Shown: positions 26,639-32,599 of the stretch, piece after piece
Layout of the letters: each line of letters starts with the position of its first letter
Position numbering within the stretch: position 1 is the stretch's first letter
IMG/VR virus record: IMGVR_UViG_3300017912_001466
Span: 1-32,599 of that record
Reading direction: 5' to 3' (one strand)
Source of the DNA: a virus
Taxonomy: Duplodnaviria > Caudoviricetes
DNA length: 32,599 nt
Notes under the pieces: model-generated
Databases searched by the model: none
What the model was told of the DNA's origin: nothing
What the model saw: only the letters and a program-made list of their open reading frames with translations
Program-made: the position numbers and the translations under genes

Positions 26639-26777
26639 TGTCTTCACTTCTCTTTCTATGGCTACGGCTACTTCTCTTGGCCGCTGGCTTCGCTGGTTCT
26701 ACGAGTGACGCGCGGGTCACTCCGGGGGACGGGTGTGAGACTACCCACAAGCCCATGTCGTCTTCACGGATGGTCAA
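26619..26777 (-). CDS. Small basic hypothetical protein (52 aa, TTG start)
   Basis: Fills the gap between two genes; K/R/S-rich tail. Confidence 0.4.
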   Translation of the reverse strand: MTIREDDMGLWVVSHPSPGVTRASLVEPAKPAAKRSSRSHRKRSEDNAGNEA

Positions 26778-26782
26778 GCGGC

Positions 26783-26980
26783 TCACTGGTCCTCGAATGT
26801 AATGTAGACCACAACGTCGTTGCCGTTGCGCTCTCTCACGTAGGTAATATCCACAATCTTGTCGCCGTTGGCGAAGTCTGCGCCTCGGAGTTTCGCCTGA
26901 ACTGCGGCGGCGGCTCCAGCCAGATCGGTGAGCACAGCAAGTGTTGTCAACTTGCTCTTGTCCGTGATGGTGTGACTCAT
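26783..26980 (-). CDS. Small hypothetical virion-associated protein (65 aa)
   Basis: GGTGA RBS, typical codon usage, directly after the tail tube. Confidence 0.65.
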   Translation of the reverse strand: MSHTITDKSKLTTLAVLTDLAGAAAAVQAKLRGADFANGDKIVDITYVRERNGNDVVVYITFEDQ

Positions 26981-26992
26981 CGAGAATCACCA

Positions 26993-28081
26993 TCAGGGGT
27001 TGTCGTAGGCTCCTGCGCTACCTTGGTTGTCGATGCTCAAGGTGACCTTGGACATGATTTCGTCAGCAGTGTCAACGAGCCCGACAAAGCCTAGGGTCAT
27101 CGTGGATGAGTCGCGGCCGCTCACGTTGTTGGTGGGGGCTTCCCATCGAACCTTGCGGATTTCGATTTGGATGAAGGTGTCCGTCTCTGCGTCGTCAACG
27201 AACTTCAACTTGATCGCCGGGTTGGAGGACGTACCATCGTACAGCAGACCGTCGGTCACGGCCACATCGTTATAGTCGGGGACCGTGTTGTTGGCTCCCG
27301 TACCGGTGCTGTTGTCGAACTGGGGTCGGGAGAACTCGATGGTCCCGGTGAGTTCACGCATCTGCATGGCTGGCTGGCGGACGTAGGTCTTGTCCCCGAG
27401 GGAGCAGGCGTTGTCTGTGTCGAGGTTCAGGTTGAACTCAAGACTGACGCTCTTGACGACGTTCGTCGTAGCGGCGTTGGTGCCGTCGAAGAATGTGATC
27501 TCTGCGTCAGCGAAGTGCAGTCCGTTGTGTCCGTCGCCAGAGAAGGTCACGTCTGCCAGCGAGGTGACCGAGGACTCTGCCTTACCGGTGAAGTCTGCGC
27601 TCATCATGACGTACTCGCCATGTGCGGCCGACATCGAGAGGCGGGTCAGGCACATACCGGTGTAGGTGTGTTCCTTGTCTTCTCGACCGATTTCGAGAGT
27701 GTACGAGGGGAGCACGTTGGACTTGTGCTCGGTCATCGTGTGCACATCGGGATCAGTGGCGCTTGCACCACCACTGAAGGTGTAACCGTCAATCCCACCA
27801 GAGGACAGGGAACCGTATGCTCCGAAGAGAAGCAGGCCACAGAAGTCATCGCCCTGAGCGACGAGGTTGACGCCACCCTCCGAGTATTCCTTGCCCGTCA
27901 CGGACTTAGCCGCACCGTAGCGAGACATGTCGCCACGAGTCATCAGGTCAAACATGAATTGCACAGACTCATCATCGACTTCGCCAGCGATACCAGTACC
28001 GCTGTTGAACGTGGAGCCTGCCGTGCCGTAGGAGGATTCCAGCATAATCCTGACATATCGCTCTTGGAACAAACTTGGCAT
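26993..28081 (-). CDS. Major tail tube protein
   Basis: ESSYGT start, LPSYTLEIG, YTGM..T.LSM, RELTGTIEF; own promoter; upstream of chaperones and tape measure. Confidence 0.85.
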   Translation of the reverse strand: MPSLFQERYVRIMLESSYGTAGSTFNSGTGIAGEVDDESVQFMFDLMTRGDMSRYGAAKSVTGKEYSEGGVNLVAQGDDFCGLLLFGAYGSLSSGGIDGYTFSGGASATDPDVHTMTEHKSNVLPSYTLEIGREDKEHTYTGMCLTRLSMSAAHGEYVMMSADFTGKAESSVTSLADVTFSGDGHNGLHFADAEITFFDGTNAATTNVVKSVSLEFNLNLDTDNACSLGDKTYVRQPAMQMRELTGTIEFSRPQFDNSTGTGANNTVPDYNDVAVTDGLLYDGTSSNPAIKLKFVDDAETDTFIQIEIRKVRWEAPTNNVSGRDSSTMTLGFVGLVDTADEIMSKVTLSIDNQGSAGAYDNP

Positions 28082-28116
28082 AACTATCGCCTCACTCTCT
28101 CAGACGCTCGGTGCGA

Positions 28117-28124
28117 TACTTTAA
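28117..28124 (-). promoter_or_regulatory. TATA box TTAAAGTA of the tail tube gene
   Basis: In a short intergenic gap, followed by RBS-like GAGGCGA; identical to 4715-4722. Confidence 0.55.
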
Positions 28125-28126
28125 CC

Positions 28127-29209
28127 TCACCGATGGTTCATATTGAGCCGTCGCATGTATGTGAGGGTGAGAACGTGGGAGCACACGACTTCATCGTTGT
28201 CTCTTTTGGTGTCCAGAGCGACGTTGTAGGACACCAAACTGTCGGTGGTACCTTTGAGACCCGTAGTCGTGTAGAGTTCGTCAAACACTTCCCCAGTGAT
28301 GTCCATGCCCATGCGGTACGCATTCTCGTAGTTCGTCCCCCGCGTTGTGATGAACAGGATCACGTCATACATCTGTTCAATGCGAGTCCCGCCGAGAGTG
28401 GTGAAGTTCGGGCTGTTGACATTCTGGAGAATGACGTGGATGGCCGGGGGACGGAGCCGTGACACCATCTGTGACGAGATGTCGTAACCATAGACAATTG
28501 ATGAGTCGTCAACGTGCGTCTTGAGGTACATTCTGGTGCTGGCCTTCAACCGCTCCACAATGGACAGGCCAAGGCGCAAGAGTGTGTCAGTCACGAAGTC
28601 ACTGGGTGCCATCTCGTCGGGACTGTAAGCCCCGTCCTTGGTAGCGTACACGTTGTTCCAGTTCACAACTCCCGAGTTGTTGCCCCAGAGGATTTGCTTG
28701 GTTGTCGAGGCACTACCAGTCACCGAGATGTAGTGAGTCTCGGCGTCATCGTCCTCGATAATCTCACGCATGTAGAGACGACCGTTGCCGGAGGCATCGA
28801 GAGTCAATCTCAGGATTACGGGGACAGGATCGTCGTTGAGCATCTTGATGTCAAGGTACTCGGTTTGCACGGTGGTTGTCCCCACGAGTTTGAGCGTCTG
28901 GATGTTGCCGGTTGCCTGAACCTCAACCCTGTTGGTCCCGTTGTCAAGCGCCATCAGAACTTCGCCGTTGTCGGGATCAGTGGCACCGTAGGAGATGCAC
29001 GCGACCATGGTGTACGCATCACCTGTCGCCGGGACATACGACCACTTCTGACCGGTGCCAGAGCCGTCAATAACCCACACACCATTAGACGCCGAGCCAT
29101 CGCCTGACGATCCGGTGAGCGTGAACGAGTCACTGGTACCCGGTAGGTTAGCAGGATCTTCTCCGTTCATACGGAGGTCCCAAAATACATTCGTAAGTGC
29201 TACGCTCAC
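28127..29209 (-). CDS. Tail terminator-like protein with extra N-terminal beta-sandwich domain
   Basis: C-terminal ~150 aa (PPAIHV, YDVILFI, GEVFDEL) and position before the tube fit a terminator; GTG 29209 follows GGTGGAGG. Confidence 0.6.
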   Translation of the reverse strand: MSVALTNVFWDLRMNGEDPANLPGTSDSFTLTGSSGDGSASNGVWVIDGSGTGQKWSYVPATGDAYTMVACISYGATDPDNGEVLMALDNGTNRVEVQATGNIQTLKLVGTTTVQTEYLDIKMLNDDPVPVILRLTLDASGNGRLYMREIIEDDDAETHYISVTGSASTTKQILWGNNSGVVNWNNVYATKDGAYSPDEMAPSDFVTDTLLRLGLSIVERLKASTRMYLKTHVDDSSIVYGYDISSQMVSRLRPPAIHVILQNVNSPNFTTLGGTRIEQMYDVILFITTRGTNYENAYRMGMDITGEVFDELYTTTGLKGTTDSLVSYNVALDTKRDNDEVVCSHVLTLTYMRRLNMNHR

Positions 29210-29805
29210 GGTCCTCCACCACCCCACGCCTTGTCCAACGCTTCAATGAGCGCATCAGGTATCTGTGGTACGATACGATCATACGCTTCTGTGAGCCAAC
29301 CTCTGCCTCCGAATGCCGCCTTGAAACCGGGATGCATCGGTGTTGCTTTGGCATTGATGTAACCAATCGGTGTGCTGTTGACCCACGATTTGCTGTGTTC
29401 GATAGTCTTACCCTCAAACTGGTACTTGAAAGTTGTAACGCCGTACTCAAGATACTGTGCGGGCTTACCTCCACGAGTCAGTGTTGGACCATTATCGTCA
29501 ATAGGGTCAGCACCGAACCTAACGACAGGCCCATCAGTATCGAAACCCTCTTCGATAACCAGTGAGTCTGCTACAATCTGTGTAATGGAAGACAGCGGAC
29601 CCATGCTTTCCTTGATACCACGCTTGATGTGACCAATCTCTTTTTTCATCACACCAGCGATTGCCTCGGACATAACCTCGGTTGCTGTCTGCTCCATGAT
29701 CTGCATACCACGATGCATGCCGCTCCAGTCCCACTTGGTACTGTACCCAACGCCAAACCGCGCACCTTTGTTGGCGTAGACGTTTATCCTACCGCCCGGT
29801 AGCAT
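29206..29805 (-). CDS. Neck/tail completion protein (HK97 gp10-like)
   Basis: AQYLEYG and MHPGF motifs; position between adaptor and terminator. Confidence 0.6.
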   Translation of the reverse strand: MLPGGRINVYANKGARFGVGYSTKWDWSGMHRGMQIMEQTATEVMSEAIAGVMKKEIGHIKRGIKESMGPLSSITQIVADSLVIEEGFDTDGPVVRFGADPIDDNGPTLTRGGKPAQYLEYGVTTFKYQFEGKTIEHSKSWVNSTPIGYINAKATPMHPGFKAAFGGRGWLTEAYDRIVPQIPDALIEALDKAWGGGGP

Positions 29806-30338
29806 CAGTCCACCGTCCCGAGGTGAGCGAGCCTGACGAGGTGCATGCGACCACGCTGGCCCAGCACGTTCGACCGGACGCTATCCGCCGGGTTCTGATG
29901 GAAGACTGCTTCATCTTCAAGATAGATAGATGCGGCCAGATCGGCGCAAATCTCACGAAGCACATGAGCGAACTCACCTTCCTGCACGGTCACACCACTG
30001 GCATGGTCGGCACTGACACCGGTGACGCCGTTCAGTGTGTTGCTCGACTTGCTGGTCCAAGCGAACGAATCCCCGTCGATGTCACCGTTTCCGGCAGATG
30101 AAAATGAGGATGCATCAGATAGCGTGATACTCGTAGCCCCGGCTGAAATGGCACCACTAAGCGTAGTGCTGGCAACCTCACGGGATGGTGTGTTCCTTCC
30201 GTAGTCTCGGAACATCTGGTCGATGTCGATGGTAGCGCGGCGGATGCAGGAGGTCAAACGGCTGGATGCACGAGTGCGCTGTGCCGAGTCAAGGCCAAGT
30301 CTTTGGCCAACGTCGCTTGTCGTACAGTAGTATGTCAC
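29805..30338 (-). CDS. Head-tail adaptor with inserted beta domain
   Basis: YCTTSDV start, I.RA...ID, LREICADLAA; insertion TTLSGAISAGATSITLSDASSF. Confidence 0.75.
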   Translation of the reverse strand: MTYYCTTSDVGQRLGLDSAQRTRASSRLTSCIRRATIDIDQMFRDYGRNTPSREVASTTLSGAISAGATSITLSDASSFSSAGNGDIDGDSFAWTSKSSNTLNGVTGVSADHASGVTVQEGEFAHVLREICADLAASIYLEDEAVFHQNPADSVRSNVLGQRGRMHLVRLAHLGTVD

Positions 30339-30620
30339 TCACATCACCCCCATCATTCCGACGATAGCCGCAACCATCGTTGATCCAATACCCATCATCC
30401 ACTTGACGATGGACTTGCCGATCCCGTTAATCATCTCTTGAGTAGCATTCTGGTTGTGAGCCAGTGCCTCAACAGATTGTGACAGGCCGCTCATCTGCTC
30501 CTCTGCACGGACTTGGGACTCGACCAACTTACTGAGCATCTCATCGTGCTTGTCGAGCCTGCGCTCGATGCTATCGAGCCGGTGATTCTGAACAGCGTCA
30601 GCACTATTCTTCGTCGTCAA
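30339..30620 (-). CDS. Coiled-coil protein with C-terminal membrane anchor (possible lysis/holin-like)
   Basis: RLDSIERRLDKHD heptads then KWMMGIGSTMVAAIVG; TTG start after GGTGA. Confidence 0.6.
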   Translation of the reverse strand: MTTKNSADAVQNHRLDSIERRLDKHDEMLSKLVESQVRAEEQMSGLSQSVEALAHNQNATQEMINGIGKSIVKWMMGIGSTMVAAIVGMMGVM

Positions 30621-30792
30621 GCATATCACCCACGGTTTCCATAACAATAGAACCGGAGGACTTGATGCTCTCAAGGACCTCATCAAGAGAGACCTTGCCG
30701 TCATCAGCGATCCATTTCTTGTATTCGTTGTAGACAACGTAGGCGAGGAAGCCAAGCACGTTGACGTAGGTGATGATGGTCTCGATCTCCAT
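30604..30792 (-). CDS. Small membrane protein with acidic loop (holin-like candidate)
   Basis: N-terminal hydrophobic helix, then ADDGKVSLDE. Confidence 0.6.
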   Translation of the reverse strand: MEIETIITYVNVLGFLAYVVYNEYKKWIADDGKVSLDEVLESIKSSGSIVMETVGDMLDDEE

Positions 30793-30793
30793 G

Positions 30794-30958
30794 TTAGTCT
30801 CTCCGGTATTCGATTTGCTTTACTGCGCTGAAGGGGATGAACGTAAAGGCCCTGCTCTCGCCATCCCTATACAGTGCGTAGCCGTGGTCCGTCTCTTCAA
30901 TGTTAATGTTAGCGTAGCACCGCTCTGGCGGCAGGTACACAATCTTGCCTTTTCTCAT
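30794..30958 (-). CDS. Small beta protein, Sm/LSm-like candidate (54 aa)
   Basis: MRKGKIVYLPPERCYANINIEETDHGYALYRDGESRAFTFIPFSAVKQIEYRRD; ATGA overlap; below the ORF-track cutoff. Confidence 0.6.
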   Translation of the reverse strand: MRKGKIVYLPPERCYANINIEETDHGYALYRDGESRAFTFIPFSAVKQIEYRRD

Positions 30959-31083
30959 CTAATCTTCTCCCAGATAATCGTTAGTAGAATGAATGGTGAC
31001 AGAACGAGGATGACAGCGTATGCGATGATGTAGTCGAGGACGGCGTTGATCTTCTCCTCTAAGTACGGATCCCAAGGGGTCAT
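30955..31083 (-). CDS. Small membrane protein (42 aa)
   Basis: ATGA overlap; YIIAYAVILVLSPFILLTIIW hydrophobic helix. Confidence 0.55.
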   Translation of the reverse strand: MTPWDPYLEEKINAVLDYIIAYAVILVLSPFILLTIIWEKIR

Positions 31084-31274
31084 CCCTCGACAATCCCCCA
31101 TGTCGTCAGTTGCTCTGCGGTCGGGACAGTCAAGCCCTTGGCTTCCCATGCGGCTCGGTTGTACCAGACGGTCGTGCCGTCGCCCTTGAACACGAACTCG
31201 TCCATCACCCAATCATCTTCCCGGTCGATTCCGGCCCAGTCCAACATCGCTTGTGTATCTGCCATGGTCATCAC
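31080..31274 (-). CDS. XkdW-like tail fibre-associated protein
   Basis: W......PTAEQL pattern directly after a fibre gene. Confidence 0.55.
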   Translation of the reverse strand: MMTMADTQAMLDWAGIDREDDWVMDEFVFKGDGTTVWYNRAAWEAKGLTVPTAEQLTTWGIVEG

Positions 31275-32599
31275 GTCTTATCGCCAACATAGTGAATACC
31301 GAATTGGTTAGAGTCATGCAACTTTTGCAGGTAAGCATCGCTGAAGCCAGAGTTCTGGTAGACGATGAGATGGATTACGTCATCTCTCTCAAGATACAGC
31401 ATTGTGGAAAGAATGTTTGACATTCCGTGGTCTTGATTGCTGGTGTGACGACGAAGGTTTCGTGCAAGCAGTGTGCCAGTTCCACTGACGTTGTTGCCAG
31501 AGAATGTCACGCCTTTGCGAATCTCAATCAGTTGGGAATGGTTGCGCTTCAGGTCAGAAGAAGGGTTCCCAAGAATACCGACGATGACGCTGATTTGGTA
31601 GAATCCATCTCGCTCTACCGTGTAAGAATGGTCAGTATTATCCCATCCATATCCGGTGTCATGTGTTGATTGATGCTGAACTTCAAAGTCAGTCCGCATT
31701 CTTGTTCCTGTTGTCAGCGTGTAGTTGCTACCTGACGTTGGTGTGGCCGCAAAGCAGGCATACTTTCTGACGTAGACGTTGCCTGTTGTGGAGTCCAGTC
31801 CATCTGAAGTGATAACCCCATTTACATCCAGAGCAGTTGCAGGAGTTCCTTCCCCAATTCCTACGTTACCACCACGATTGACAACAAATACGTTTTCGCC
31901 ATCTGTGACATACCCTCCACCGCTATCGGTCATGGATTGAATTTTCAAATTCTGATCGTAGTAGGCAATTGCTACTACTTTGTCATCAGTACCAAGTTCA
32001 CCTGTATCTTCAAAATAGAGCCTTGGGACACCGCCGTCTGTGATGGCGATTGACACGTCAGTTGCCGCAGAAAGACCACTCGTCGAGCCGTCTGAGATGT
32101 GAAGGTGGGCTTTGGGGTCACTTGTCCCAATACCGATGTCCCCGGTGTCTCCTTCCATGCGTAGGACTTCTTTTGGGGTCCCCCCATCATTGACCTTGAA
32201 GATAATGTCCTTATCCTGTGTGGTGTTTTCGATAATCGCATCGTTCGATGAGGTCGAAAAGTCCAACCCTGCTTCTCCTTCGACGGCGGCAATAGCATCT
32301 GCATCAGCGTATGCGGTAGCACCGTCAGCGACATTCAATGCGGTTCGGACTTCGGATGCCGTTAAACCTTCAACCGATGTTCCGTCAATTCTTAGAAAAT
32401 CATCATCTGCTACGTTGGCGTTTGCAGTCAAGTAGTTGCCGTTGGATATTCCCGCCGTGATGCCGTCAAGTTTGGTCTTGTCAGCGGAGGACATCGACCC
32501 TGCGGCGCTGGTGGTGGCCGCACTAATGCCCACAGTCACGTCACCCGAAGCACCGCCACCTGTGATGGGTGCGCTGACGTTTACGGCTGTAATGTCGCC
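31271..32599 (-). CDS. Fibre/receptor-binding protein with C-terminal C1q/TNF-like domain (5'-truncated)
   Basis: Frame open to the window edge (GDITAV...); AGSMSSADKTKLDGI, two G.(I/V)GIG...P repeats, YTV..DG.YQI and LYL...D.I.L.VYQ. Confidence 0.8.
   Translation of the reverse strand, partial: GDITAVNVSAPITGGGASGDVTVGISAATTSAAGSMSSADKTKLDGITAGISNGNYLTANANVADDDFLRIDGTSVEGLTASEVRTALNVADGATAYADADAIAAVEGEAGLDFSTSSNDAIIENTTQDKDIIFKVNDGGTPKEVLRMEGDTGDIGIGTSDPKAHLHISDGSTSGLSAATDVSIAITDGGVPRLYFEDTGELGTDDKVVAIAYYDQNLKIQSMTDSGGGYVTDGENVFVVNRGGNVGIGEGTPATALDVNGVITSDGLDSTTGNVYVRKYACFAATPTSGSNYTLTTGTRMRTDFEVQHQSTHDTGYGWDNTDHSYTVERDGFYQISVIVGILGNPSSDLKRNHSQLIEIRKGVTFSGNNVSGTGTLLARNLRRHTSNQDHGMSNILSTMLYLERDDVIHLIVYQNSGFSDAYLQKLHDSNQFGIHYVGDKT

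Larger units (their letters stand above)
1..32599. mobile_element. Archaeal tailed virus genome segment (magrovirus/halovirus-like), convergent replication and tail modules
   Basis: Archaeal-type replication genes (MCM, RFC, PolB, AEP primase, ERCC4) sit beside tape measure, tail tube and adaptor genes; dense overlapping ORFs, TATA boxes and GGTGA/GGAGG RBS; no cellular housekeeping genes. Confidence 0.9.

Noticed and set aside
27167-28462. 431-aa + strand ORF and the many other antisense ORFs in the track
   Set aside because: They lie opposite well-supported genes and are expected shadows of GC3-rich coding; no motifs or RBS

Overview
This window is a fragment of an archaeal tailed dsDNA virus (Caudoviricetes, siphovirus-like tail). 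Gene content and archaeal TATA/GGTGA signals best fit the marine 'magrovirus'/halovirus-type viruses of Euryarchaeota, but the host assignment is inference. The + strand (1-15864) is an almost complete archaeal-type replisome: an MCM-like helicase lacking its N-terminal domain, RFC small subunit, a probable degenerate RFC large subunit, OB-fold SSB, RecA/RadA-like ATPase, divergent PCNA-like clamp, family B polymerase with unusual catalytic motifs, Cas4-like nuclease, PriS-PriL fusion primase and ERCC4/XPF nuclease, plus many small wHTH and Zn-finger genes. The - strand (15852-32599) is the tail/neck module: C1q-type fibre, XkdW-like protein, small membrane proteins, head-tail adaptor, neck, tail terminator, tail tube, G/GT chaperones with a -1 slippery site, tape measure and a 2109-aa hub. 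The most notable unexplained signals are a ~208-bp AT-rich degenerate inverted repeat just upstream of the helicase (candidate origin), the rewired PolB active site (DIKAMYHS / KSMVASLYG / YGHTDS), a TFS-like Zn ribbon and apparent strong AGCT avoidance. All calls come from reading motifs by eye; no database searches were run.
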